A stretch of 64,000 bases of DNA from Planctomycetota bacterium. Lineage in GTDB: Bacteria > Planctomycetota > UBA11346. Of the stretch, positions 54,979 to 64,000 are shown piece after piece (within the stretch, counting starts at the first letter, position 1; every line of letters starts with the position of its first letter). The DNA is taken from assembly GCA_038231435.1 (NCBI GenBank), contig JBBRLJ010000007.1, positions 1 through 64,000 of the forward strand, read 5' to 3'. The position numbers and the translations under genes were made by a program. The notes below the pieces were generated by a model. It was not told where the DNA came from. It searched no databases and was given only the letters and a program-made list of their open reading frames with translations.

Positions 54979-57582
54979 TCAGCCGGCGCCTCCTGGCGGA
55001 TGCACCACCAGCTCCAGCACGTTGAGGTAGCCGTACTGCGAGGCCCCGCCCGCGGTGACCACCACGCGGATGGTGCCATCGGGCGCCGGAGTCAGTCCGA
55101 GGAACTGTGCGGTGGCGGTGGTGTTGTTCGTGGCGTTGAGCGATTTGGCCTGGCCATTGACCGTGTACACCGTGGTGCGGTCGTCGTTCGCGGCGCGCGA
55201 GGCGAAGAGGATCAGATCGAAGGTCGCTCCGGGCGGGAGCTGCGAGATGACCACATCGGCATGCGGCACGGCGGCGTAGCGGTCTACCCACAACGCGGTC
55301 TTCTGCGCGGTGCTCGGATAGAGCGCAGTCGAGTCGACGCCGAAGTCGTTGCTGTTGCCGAAGGGCTGGGTCACGGCGATGCGCACCCCGCTCGCCGCCC
55401 CGGTGGTGTCGACCGCATTGGCGATCGTGCTCGCCATGCCGAGCGCGTTCATGGTGGTGGTCGCGGTGCCGGCGGCGTCGACCACGATATGGCTGGCGAT
55501 CGACGTACCTCGGGCGCTGCCGCCCACGGTCCAATTGTACGGGCTCTCGTTGGCGTCGGTGTTGGTCACCGCGACGGTGAAGCTCCAGGCTCCTGGCGCG
55601 CTCGGCGTCACGGTCAGCACCATCACGGTGGTGCCGCCGGCCGCGACGCTGGTCCCTGGCTGTCCGACGCTGACCGAGCAGTTGCTCGCTCCGCTGATCG
55701 ACACCGGCGTGGTGATCGACAAACCGCCAGCACCGCTGTTGACCAAGGCATAGCTCAGGGTGGTGGCCGAGCCCGCGATGGCACCGGTGACGGACTCGCT
55801 GCCGCCATCGGCGATCGCGATCCCAGCGCGGCTGATGTCCAGCTCAGGCGCGGCGGCCACGCCGCCGGCGTTGCCACCCACCGTCCAATTGTAGGGGCTC
55901 TCGTTGGCATCCGTATTCGTCACCGCGATGGTGAAATTCCAAGCTCCTGGCGCGTTCGGGGTCACAGTGATCACCATGACGGTGGTGCCGCCGGCGGCGA
56001 CGCTGGTCCCTGGCTGACCGACGCTGACCGAGCAGTTGCTCGCTCCGCTGATCGACACCGGTGTGGTGATCGACAACCCGCCAGCGCCGCTGTTGACCAG
56101 GGCATAGCTCAGGGTGGTGGCCGAACCCGCGGTGGTACCCGTGACGGACTCGCTGCCGCCATCGGCGATCGCGATCCCAGCGCGGCTGATGTCCAGCTCA
56201 GGCGCTGCGGCCGCGCCGCCGGCACTTCCACCCACCGTCCAATTGTAGGGGCTCTCGTTGGCATCGGTATTGGTCACGGCGATGACGAAGCTCCAGGCTC
56301 CAGGTGCGTTCGGCGTGACGCTCAGCGTCATGACCGTGCCGCCGGCGGCTGCGACGCTGTTCCCAGGCTGTCCGACGCTCACCGAGCAGTTGCTCACGCC
56401 GCTGATTGACACCGGCGTGGTGATCGAGAGCGCAGCGGTGCCGCTGTTGATCAGGGAATAGCTGAGACCGGTGGCGACGCCCGCGGTGGTGCCGGCGACG
56501 CTGTCGGTACCGCCATCGGCTACCGCCACGCCGCCACGGCTGATGTCGAGCTCGGGCGCGGTGGTGGCGCCGCCGCGCGACTGCGCGAACAGCCAGTTCC
56601 ACATGCCGAGGTTGTTGTAGGACTTGATCCAGCCGCCAGCGTGATCGCCATTCTGGTACTGCGTCCAGTTGGGATTCTGTCCGGCGCTCGGTACGGAGCT
56701 GCCTGCGGTCCACGCCCAGCCGCCCGCGGCGGTGAAGTGGCCGGTCTGGTCGCCCGGGGGACGGGCCGCGTCTCCACCGGGGAAGTTCGCGAGCGCGCTG
56801 CTCACCGCATGACCGGCGACGGCGGTTGCGCAAGCATCGACCCATTGGCGGGTGTCGCCCCAGTACACCCGCGAGTCGTCAGCGGAATGGAAGGCCCAGG
56901 TCGGCACATTGAAGCCGAGGTCCGAAGGCCCAGGCGGATTGGCGCCGCAGCAGGGCACGCAAGCGGCGACCTTCGAGGAACCGTAGGCGCGGAGATACTG
57001 CCAGGTGCCGCCGCCGCCCAGGCTCAGACCTGTCACATAGATACGATTGGTATCGACGCGGTAGCGCGCGAGCAGCCAATTCATGAAGGACTCGATCGCG
57101 GCAGCATCCCAATACTGATGCGGCGACTGCGGCGAGATGACGATGCAATTGTTGTCGTTGAACAAGGTGGAGTTGTAGGTGTAGCCGGCGTTCCCCTCGA
57201 TCATCGCCGGTGGACCGTTGTACAGGACCACCGACAGGGGCTGGTTGCCTGGCGGGTAGTCGGCGCACTCGCCGATGCCATGCAGGAACAGCAGCAGCTT
57301 GCAGGGAGTGCTGGACGACTGGTAGTTCGCCGGCAGGTATTCGAAGTAGCCGTACGGCGCGCCGCCATTGGCGCCGAGCGGCTTGGCGGTGTGCGTGCCG
57401 ACGACGGCGGCCGCGAGTGGCGCGAACGCCGCGATGGCGAAGACCAGGGCGGCGCGGATCACGGCCGGGACGAAGGAGGCCCAGCCAGCGCGCGGTCGCG
57501 GCGCTCGCCCGAGACCACGTTCGCCGTCGCGGCCGGACGGGGCCAGCGCGCCGAGGGAGGGGATCGCGAGGGATGTTTTCAT
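54979..57582 (-). CDS. Secreted alpha/beta-hydrolase (esterase/peptidase) with three tandem Ig-like repeats
   Basis: YFEYLP, LLFLHGIGE, RIYVTGLSLGGGGTW, WAFHSADD, GDH, three PELDISR...TDANESPYNWTVGG repeats. Confidence 0.87.
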   Translation of the reverse strand: MKTSLAIPSLGALAPSGRDGERGLGRAPRPRAGWASFVPAVIRAALVFAIAAFAPLAAAVVGTHTAKPLGANGGAPYGYFEYLPANYQSSSTPCKLLLFLHGIGECADYPPGNQPLSVVLYNGPPAMIEGNAGYTYNSTLFNDNNCIVISPQSPHQYWDAAAIESFMNWLLARYRVDTNRIYVTGLSLGGGGTWQYLRAYGSSKVAACVPCCGANPPGPSDLGFNVPTWAFHSADDSRVYWGDTRQWVDACATAVAGHAVSSALANFPGGDAARPPGDQTGHFTAAGGWAWTAGSSVPSAGQNPNWTQYQNGDHAGGWIKSYNNLGMWNWLFAQSRGGATTAPELDISRGGVAVADGGTDSVAGTTAGVATGLSYSLINSGTAALSITTPVSISGVSNCSVSVGQPGNSVAAAGGTVMTLSVTPNAPGAWSFVIAVTNTDANESPYNWTVGGSAGGAAAAPELDISRAGIAIADGGSESVTGTTAGSATTLSYALVNSGAGGLSITTPVSISGASNCSVSVGQPGTSVAAGGTTVMVITVTPNAPGAWNFTIAVTNTDANESPYNWTVGGNAGGVAAAPELDISRAGIAIADGGSESVTGAIAGSATTLSYALVNSGAGGLSITTPVSISGASNCSVSVGQPGTSVAAGGTTVMVLTVTPSAPGAWSFTVAVTNTDANESPYNWTVGGSARGTSIASHIVVDAAGTATTTMNALGMASTIANAVDTTGAASGVRIAVTQPFGNSNDFGVDSTALYPSTAQKTALWVDRYAAVPHADVVISQLPPGATFDLILFASRAANDDRTTVYTVNGQAKSLNATNNTTATAQFLGLTPAPDGTIRVVVTAGGASQYGYLNVLELVVHPPGGAG
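55515..56560 (-). repeat. Three 354-bp (118-aa) intragenic tandem repeats
   Basis: gatgtc(c/g)agctc(a/g)ggcgc recurs at 55834, 56188 and 56542. The peptide units are near-identical. Confidence 0.9.
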
Positions 57583-57964
57583 GGGTCGCTTTCTTGGTCT
57601 TCTGGAGGTGGTCGTCGGAATGAGGCGGTTGCAGGTGCGTTAGGCAGGGATGAGCTAGCTATGTTCTGCAAGTGATTGCAATATATGGAGATGGGAAAGT
57701 TCTCCGGTTTGTCGGCAAACCGCATTCGTTAGCAATATGGATCTATACGACAACACCATATAAGACCATATATATGGTGTCAACGCGACCCGGATGGGTC
57801 GCCGTTGGGGTGTGATGGACGCCTCTGTAAGCGCAGTGCTCTCGGGGCAATGCGACTACAAAAACGGGACCCCGCCTTCGCTTGATGGCAGCTGAGGACG
57901 CCACCGTCCTCGGCTGCTCCGCCAGGTCATGTTAAGAAGCCCTCGTGCAGCGTTGTCATCCGGC

Positions 57965-58240
57965 ATGGATGACCTGGGGCTGGTCGAGCGGGTGCGAGGA
58001 GGCGATCTCGACGCCTTCGCGTCCCTGATCGATCGCCATCTGCGTTCGGTCAGGGTGTCGGTGGCGATGCGCGCGCTCTCGCCACATCTGGTTGACGAGC
58101 TCGCGCACGACGCCTTCGTGCACGCGTTTCGGTCGCTCGATCGGTTCCATGATGGCGATTTCTGCGCATGGTTGCGCGTGATCGCATGCACCTGCTGCGC
58201 GCCGCGGTGCTTCGCCACGCCCGCGAGTCCTCTCCGCGGG
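57965..58240 (+). pseudogene. Frameshifted, truncated ECF sigma factor (region 2 only)
   Basis: MDDLGLVERVRGGDLDAFASLIDRH...VDELAHDAFVHAFRSLDRF..DFCAWLRVIA. The sigma-like continuation HLLRAAVLRHARE is in a different frame from ~58189. No region 4 seen. Confidence 0.7.
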
Positions 58241-58524
58241 GTCGCTTCAAGGCCCGTCGATCACCTCGGTAGCGCCGACCACCGCGACCGGCGGCGTGCC
58301 GTACACGTACGACGGCTTGTCGACGGGTACGGAGACCTGCCAGAATTCCCGGCAACCTCATCCGATCTTCATCCAATCGCATAGCCTGGCTCGCAGGAAT
58401 GAGACCTGGATCTGTCCAGGCATCCCGCACGGCGCCCACACCGCCGTGCTTTTTTGTGCCCATGCTCGGGCCGCCGCTCCGCCCGCCCAGGCGAGGGCGG
58501 ATCTACTTGGAGAACCTTCCCATT

Positions 58525-58553
58525 CTTCATCAGGCCTTCACGAGAAGGGTCAT
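58525..58553 (+). promoter_or_regulatory. Pho-box-like 11-bp direct repeats upstream of the porin
   Basis: cttcatcaggc|cttcacgagaa|gggtcat. Confidence 0.5.
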
Positions 58554-58647
58554 CATCCACCTCGGCGCCGCGCGCCACGGACGACGACCGGCGCTACATC
58601 AACCCCCGCTCCATCCACCCCGGAGCCCTTCAGCAAAGAGCCCATCG

Positions 58648-59886
58648 ATGACCCTCTCCAAAGCCATCCCTTCCCTCATCGCCATCGCCGGGCTTGTGCC
58701 GGCCGCCTGCGCGCTCGAGATTACGGATGACACCCTGAAACTCCAGATCGGGCTCACCGTCCAGGCGCGAGCCGAGAATGCCACGGCGCACGATACGAAG
58801 GGCGCCAATTACAGCGTGCTGGGCGGTTCCGATGGAGCCAACGATCCGGTGAACTTCAGCCTGCCACGCGTACACCTCACATTCCGCGGAACCTACACGC
58901 CCAATTGGGTGTTCCGCGCCACCCTCCAGGATGAAGGCGTCGACCAGACCGGTACCTCGCCGCAGAATTCCAGCACTACCGCCAACAGCAATCGCGGCAT
59001 CTCCACGCGCTACGCCTGGATCCAGCGCGTCGACAAGTTCGACGACCTCACCAACATCCTCCAGTTCGGGCTCGACAAGCCGTTCTTCAATGACGCCGAC
59101 TACACCGATGACAAGAACCTGTTGTTCCCCGAGCGGCGCGCCGCCGCCGCCCTGCTCAAGGCGCGAGATGTCGGAGCCGGATACCGTTTGTCCGGACCGG
59201 TGTTCACCGTCGGTTTCGACGTCCAGAACGGCCTCAACGCCAAGGCCTACAACGCCAACAATCAGAACACCAAGTCCGGATACATGACCACCGCCCGGCT
59301 CGAGCTCTCGCCGGGCGCGGAATGGAAGCCGGCCGCGCATACCGAAACGTACATCGGCAAGGAAGGGCATCATCTCGTGCTCGGCGCCGATATCGGCCGC
59401 GACGGGAACAACCTCGGCGCGGGAGCCACCATTAAGCGCTCTACCATGAGCTATGGGGCCGATGTGCTCTTCCACTGGAACGGCCTGACCACGATCGCCG
59501 AATTCCGCGCCCAGAAGCGCAGCGACGAGTCGTTCGTAGGCGCCCCGACCGCGGAGCTCAAGTCGCGGATCTGGGACATCCAGGCAGGCTACGCGATGCC
59601 CTTCGCCGGAACCGTCATCGAGCCCGCGGTGCGCTTCTCGAAGATCGACAACAACACCGACGCCACCGAGACCGTCAATTTCGGCGGCGACACCACCGGA
59701 GCCATCGGCGCGGGCACCAAGGACCCCGACCACGGTGCTTCAGGGAAGGAGTTCGAGGCGGGGGTGAATTTCTATCCCAACGGCAACAACAAGAGCAAGT
59801 TCCAGCTGGCCGTGACGCGGTGGAGCGCCGAGTCGGGGGATGCCAGCGCGACCATCGTGCGCCTGCAGCAGCAGTTCTGCTTCTGA
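58648..59886 (+). CDS. Outer-membrane porin, probably phosphate-selective (OprO/OprP-like)
   Basis: Signal peptide, alternating beta-strand pattern, QFGLDKPF, RDVG, GVNFY, C-terminal Phe, near the pst genes. Confidence 0.75.
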   Translation: MTLSKAIPSLIAIAGLVPAACALEITDDTLKLQIGLTVQARAENATAHDTKGANYSVLGGSDGANDPVNFSLPRVHLTFRGTYTPNWVFRATLQDEGVDQTGTSPQNSSTTANSNRGISTRYAWIQRVDKFDDLTNILQFGLDKPFFNDADYTDDKNLLFPERRAAAALLKARDVGAGYRLSGPVFTVGFDVQNGLNAKAYNANNQNTKSGYMTTARLELSPGAEWKPAAHTETYIGKEGHHLVLGADIGRDGNNLGAGATIKRSTMSYGADVLFHWNGLTTIAEFRAQKRSDESFVGAPTAELKSRIWDIQAGYAMPFAGTVIEPAVRFSKIDNNTDATETVNFGGDTTGAIGAGTKDPDHGASGKEFEAGVNFYPNGNNKSKFQLAVTRWSAESGDASATIVRLQQQFCF

Positions 59887-59897
59887 TGCAATGACTC

Positions 59898-59926
59898 ACG
59901 CTCGCGCCGGATGTCCGGCGCGAGCG
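59898..59926 (+). terminator. GC-rich hairpin after the porin
   Basis: cgctcgcgccgga-tg-tccggcgcgagcg (coordinates approximate). Confidence 0.5.
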
Positions 59927-60141
59927 ATGGTTCCAGCGGTCGGATCATGGGAAGCGGAAGCGGGAATGCGGAAGAGCCGGGCTGCGACGCCGACGCTTCC
60001 GCATTCCTTCGTCTGCTCAGTGGATCAGTGCTGTCCGTCCTGGTCTTCCACGACGACGACCGCTCCCTGAGCGCATGATCGTGAGCGGGGTGTGCGAGCG
60101 ATCAGGAGAAAGCTCCGGCGACATCCGTCGCCTAGGGAAGG

Positions 60142-60498
60142 CTATCTGATTCCATGGCGTTCATTGAAGTCGGCCAGCAGGCGCTCGGTCATCTGCGGCG
60201 CATCCTTGTCGACCTGGACGATCACCGTCTCGTGGTTGGGCCCCGCTCCCACATAGGTCTTCACCTTGGTCGGCTCGACCTCGTGGCTCTTCAGGAATCT
60301 CGCCCAGGCGGGCTCCTGCCCGAACAGGTATATCCGCGCTTCGAAGAGCTCTTCTCCATAGAAGGGCGTGAACGCGCCGCCCGTGTGGAAACTGCCCGGA
60401 GCGGGCGAGATTCCGGAAGGTCCGTCGGTGGGATGACGCGAGCCATCGCCACAGGCGCACAGGGTGAGGATGGCGAGAGCGAGGGCGAGACGAGGCAT
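60142..60498 (-). CDS. Small hypothetical lipoprotein
   Basis: Lipobox-like LCAC and AAGGAG RBS. Confidence 0.7.
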   Translation of the reverse strand: MPRLALALAILTLCACGDGSRHPTDGPSGISPAPGSFHTGGAFTPFYGEELFEARIYLFGQEPAWARFLKSHEVEPTKVKTYVGAGPNHETVIVQVDKDAPQMTERLLADFNERHGIR

Positions 60499-60598
60499 GC
60501 GATCTCCTTGGATGCCGAACCGTATCCTCGCTGAACAAGATCCGATGAAGTCATGGGGTAGATTTCAGGTGGATGGCCGTTCCTGGATCCACCGCATT

Positions 60599-60631
60599 CG
60601 TCATCCGTCGCTCATCACGGCTTCATCCTTC
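60599..60631 (+). promoter_or_regulatory. Pho-box-like 11-bp direct repeats
   Basis: cgtcatccgtc|gctcatcacgg|cttcatccttc. Confidence 0.5.
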
Positions 60632-60660
60632 CTGGGATGATGGGAGGCAAGGAGCAGGAT

Positions 60661-61041
60661 ATGACCATCGACATCGTTGTGGATATCGAAGCCGAGATCG
60701 AATCCTTCATTTCCGGAGGCATCCCGGCAATCGGATCGTGGACCCGCGCGGCGCCCTCAAGGCCGCGCCGTTATGCGAGCGATGGATTCGCCCAAGGCGT
60801 ATTGCTCGACCGACTGGAGGCGTCTGGCTTCATCCACGAGCATCTGCCGACCCTCGAGATCTGGTTGGCCGGAGGCGAAAGCGAATGCTGCCACGGCAGC
60901 AGGTTCACCCACCTCGTGTCAGGCCGCTACATCCAGACGTATCATGGCGATGCCGGAGTGGCGCTGGCGAGCGCCGCGCTCATGGCATTGCGCCACTGTG
61001 CCCGGGGCGAGGTCATCCCAACGCTTCCGGCTCGCCGATGA
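60661..61041 (+). CDS. Hypothetical protein
   Basis: 126 aa from MTIDIVV, with AAGGAG/AGGA RBS. No recognised motif. Confidence 0.45.
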   Translation: MTIDIVVDIEAEIESFISGGIPAIGSWTRAAPSRPRRYASDGFAQGVLLDRLEASGFIHEHLPTLEIWLAGGESECCHGSRFTHLVSGRYIQTYHGDAGVALASAALMALRHCARGEVIPTLPARR

Positions 61042-61087
61042 CATGGATTCCTCCTGGCGGCAGAGGCCGTGGCATTCGAGGCCGGAC

Positions 61088-61131
61088 GTTCACGGCGCCT
61101 TCCGCCCGCCTTCATCATTCCTTAACCGTCC
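61088..61131 (+). promoter_or_regulatory. Pho-box-like array (four 11-bp units) upstream of pstS
   Basis: gttcacggcgc|cttccgcccgc|cttcatcattc|cttaaccgtcc. Confidence 0.6.
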
Positions 61132-61167
61132 GTCGATAGCATCCCTTCCAACCCACCAGGAGATCCC

Positions 61168-62136
61168 ATGTCCTTCATGAACGCCTTGTCCCAATCGTGC
61201 GCCCTGGTGATCGCTGCCGCGATCGCCGCGCCGTCGGTCTTCGCGCTTGAGGTGGATGCTGGCATCAAGCCCTACGAGCAGGCCAGCGGCGTATCGGGCA
61301 ATCTCAACAGCATCGGCTCGGACACACTCAACAACGTCATGACCTTCTGGGCGGAAGGGTTCCAGTCGGTCTATCCCAACGTGAAGATCCAGATCGAGGG
61401 CAAGGGCTCGACCACCGCGCCCCCGGCGCTCACTGCCGGTACCGCGCAGCTGGGTCCCATGAGCCGGCAGATGAAGAAGGAGGAGATCGACGCCTTCGAG
61501 AAGAAGTACGGCTACAAGCCCACCGAATTCCGCGTCGCCATCGACGGCCTCGCCGTGTTCGTGCACAAGGACAATCCCATCACCGGGCTGACCCTCCAGC
61601 AAATCGACGGCATGTTCTCATCCACGCTCAAGCGCGAAGGCAAGGATATCGGCGATTGGGGCGACATCATTCCGGCGTGGAAGGGCAAGTCGGTTTCGCT
61701 CTACGGCCGCAACAGCGCCTCTGGCACCTACGGCTACTTCAAGGAGCACGCGCTCAAGAAGGGCGACTACAAGAGCTCGGTGAAGGAGCAGCCGGGTTCC
61801 TCGGCGGTGGTGCAGGGCGTCGCCTCCGACGTGACCGGCATCGGCTACTCGGGCATCGGCTACGTGACCTCGAGCGTGAAGGCCCTGCCGCTGGGCGAGA
61901 AGGCCGACGCGCTGGTCGAGCCGACGTATGAGAACTGCCTGAGCGGCAAGTATCCGCTCGCGCGCTTCCTCTATGTGTACGTGAACAAGAAGCCGGGCCA
62001 GCCGCTCGATGCGCTCACCGGCGCGTTCATCACGTACATCCAGTCGAAGGAAGGCCAGGAGATCGTGATCAAGGACGGCTACTTCCCGCTGACCGCGAAG
62101 TTTGTCGACGAGGAATTGGCCAAGCTGGCCAAGTGA
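61168..62136 (+). CDS. pstS: Phosphate ABC transporter substrate-binding protein
   Basis: GSDTL, QIEGKGSTTAPPAL, GPMSR, VAIDGLAVFVHKDNP, GRNSASGTYGYF, YPLARFLYVYVN. Confidence 0.95.
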   Translation: MSFMNALSQSCALVIAAAIAAPSVFALEVDAGIKPYEQASGVSGNLNSIGSDTLNNVMTFWAEGFQSVYPNVKIQIEGKGSTTAPPALTAGTAQLGPMSRQMKKEEIDAFEKKYGYKPTEFRVAIDGLAVFVHKDNPITGLTLQQIDGMFSSTLKREGKDIGDWGDIIPAWKGKSVSLYGRNSASGTYGYFKEHALKKGDYKSSVKEQPGSSAVVQGVASDVTGIGYSGIGYVTSSVKALPLGEKADALVEPTYENCLSGKYPLARFLYVYVNKKPGQPLDALTGAFITYIQSKEGQEIVIKDGYFPLTAKFVDEELAKLAK

Positions 62137-62191
62137 CGGTATCGATCTCCGGATTTCCCGGATGGCCGGATCTTCGTGCTCCGGAGATCGC

Positions 62192-64000
62192 ATGGAGCGT
62201 GACGTGACGAATGAGGATCGGGCGGGTATGGCGCCGCCAGCCGAGCGTTTCAGGACCGTGCGATCCACCCTGATCGTGGACCGGGTCATGACCGGGATCA
62301 TCAAGATCGGCGGGCTCGGCATCATCGTGACCGTCTTCGCGATCTTCGGCTTCATCGTCTGGCAGATCGTGCCGCTGTTCCGTGGCGCCAGCGTGGCCGA
62401 GGCCGGGACCATGCAGGCGCCGCCGGGTAAGGCCATGGCGATCGGCATCGACGAATGGGGCGAACGGCCTTTCGTGGCCTATGCGGATGGCACCGTGGCG
62501 TTCCTCGGTGCGGGCAGCGACGGCCGCACCACGGTCCTCCCCGAAGGGGTGCGACCGACCTGCGTGCACTACGATCTCCGCACGCAGAGCCTGGCCATGG
62601 GCACCGACGACGGCACCATCGTGCGCGTCGGGATCTCGTACTCCGCCGAATTCGCCGACGGCAAGCGCGTCATCACGGCATCGGCGAGCGGCGACGAGGC
62701 GCTGCGGATCGGTCCGAAGGGCGTTCCGCTGGTTGCGGTTGCGATCGGCGATTCAGGCGGAGACAAACTGGCCGCGGCCATCCTCGGGACCACGGGCAAG
62801 CGATCGGTGATGGCACTCGTGCTCGAGCATGAGGAAGGTCTGCTGGGATCAGCCGGCGCTGCGTCGGGTTCCACCGAGCCGATCGACCTCACCAGCCTGG
62901 TGCCTGGAACGCCGGAGCGGCTCCTGGTCGATGATCGCGCCGAGAGCATCCTGGTGATGACGCGCGAAGGTGATGTCTGCTATCTCTTCCGCCAGGGTCA
63001 CGCCTTCGAACGCCGACAAATATTCGCTCCATTCGGCGACCTGCCGGTACGCGCCATCGCCTCGATGGACTATTTGCTCGGCGACGTGTCGGCGGTGCTG
63101 ACCTCGCCCACCGGCGAGAACCGCATCTTCAGCCTCTATTACCATCCGGGCGCCGATAAACGCACCTTCGGCCAGACCAAGGAACTCGCCGCCCTTCCCG
63201 GCCCGGCCCTCGGATACGCCGCGAGCACGCGCAACAAGGCGTTCGCCGTGATCTCTGGCTCGATCGCATCCCTGCGCTACGGCACCACCGCGCAGGTCCG
63301 TTGGCAGAAAGCGTTGCCGTTCGAGCCATCGGCAGTCACCATCAACGGCAAGTACGATCGCATGGCGCTGCTCGACGGCGAGAACCGCCTGCACCTGATG
63401 ACCGTCCATGATCCGCATCCCGAGGCCGGCATCCGCGCGTTGTTCGGCAAGGTCTGGTACGAGGGCGCGCCGGAAGCCAAGTTCGAATGGCAGTCGACCG
63501 GTGGCTCAGACGACTTCGAGCCGAAGCTGTCGATGGTGAACCTGCTGTTCGGCACCATCAAAGGCACGTTCTACGCGATGCTGTTCGCGGTGCCCATCGC
63601 CATCCTCGGCGCGGTCTATACCGCCGAGTTCATGCGGCCCTCGTACCGCAGCGTGATCAAGCCCACGGTCGAGATCATGGCCTCGCTGCCGTCGGTGGTG
63701 CTGGGCTTCCTCGCTGCGCAATGGCTGGCGCCGCTGATCGAGAACCGCGTGCCGTCGGTGCTGCTGCTCATCATCCTGCTGCCGGCTTCCGCCTTCACCG
63801 TCGGCTGGGGGTGGTCCAGGATGCCGATGCGCTGGCGCAGCAGGCTCAAGCCCGGCCAGGAGTTCATCGCCTTCCTGCCGATCCTGGCCCTGGTGGCGTG
63901 GGGCGCATGGCTGCTCGGGCCGCTGGTCGAGCGCGCCGTGTTCACGGTTCCGGATCCCCACGGCGGCGGACGGATAGCAGACTTCCGCATGTGGTGGGAG
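62192..64000 (+). CDS. pstC: Phosphate ABC transporter permease PstC-like with large extracytoplasmic domain (3' truncated by the window)
   Basis: Open to the window end, so absent from the ORF track. N-terminal TM IGGLGIIVTVFAIFGFI, WQSTGGSDDFEPKLS, FGTIKGTFYAMLFAVPIAILGAVY, KPTVEIMASLPSVVLGF. Confidence 0.88.
   Translation, partial: MERDVTNEDRAGMAPPAERFRTVRSTLIVDRVMTGIIKIGGLGIIVTVFAIFGFIVWQIVPLFRGASVAEAGTMQAPPGKAMAIGIDEWGERPFVAYADGTVAFLGAGSDGRTTVLPEGVRPTCVHYDLRTQSLAMGTDDGTIVRVGISYSAEFADGKRVITASASGDEALRIGPKGVPLVAVAIGDSGGDKLAAAILGTTGKRSVMALVLEHEEGLLGSAGAASGSTEPIDLTSLVPGTPERLLVDDRAESILVMTREGDVCYLFRQGHAFERRQIFAPFGDLPVRAIASMDYLLGDVSAVLTSPTGENRIFSLYYHPGADKRTFGQTKELAALPGPALGYAASTRNKAFAVISGSIASLRYGTTAQVRWQKALPFEPSAVTINGKYDRMALLDGENRLHLMTVHDPHPEAGIRALFGKVWYEGAPEAKFEWQSTGGSDDFEPKLSMVNLLFGTIKGTFYAMLFAVPIAILGAVYTAEFMRPSYRSVIKPTVEIMASLPSVVLGFLAAQWLAPLIENRVPSVLLLIILLPASAFTVGWGWSRMPMRWRSRLKPGQEFIAFLPILALVAWGAWLLGPLVERAVFTVPDPHGGGRIADFRMWWE

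Noticed and set aside
8342..58300. Prophage, ICE or IS element at tRNA-Leu
   Set aside because: No integrase, transposase, phage or conjugation genes and no att duplication found by eye.

Overview
GC-rich bacterial DNA, probably from a PVC-superphylum organism such as a planctomycete. That assignment is inferred from the H-X9-DG prepilin, the multiple receptor-like Ser/Thr kinases and the long PstC. The left end (1-8341) holds REP-like repeats, hypothetical genes, an unusual DEAD-box helicase (Rho-N domain, disordered regions and a GrpE-like domain), a LysM-amidase and tRNA-Leu(GAG). From about 8.4 to 58.3 kb lies an accessory-looking glycan-utilisation region with no visible integrase. It encodes two LacI and two AraC regulators, a DUF1559-type prepilin, a five-gene orphan pseudopilin cassette, about seven glycosidase-like proteins, two sialate O-acetylesterases, PhyH plus two SDRs and a CorE-like Cys-rich ECF sigma factor. 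It also holds three paralogous membrane Ser/Thr kinases that all carry HQD in place of HRD. A 14-bp palindrome, TGCWACCGGTWGCA, occurs seven times, always upstream of pilin, glycosidase/esterase or LacI genes, which suggests a co-regulated pilin-plus-CAZyme system. The right end is a phosphate-uptake locus (porin, pstS, truncated pstC) with 11-bp-periodic Pho-box-like repeats. All family assignments come from reading motifs by eye, not from database searches.
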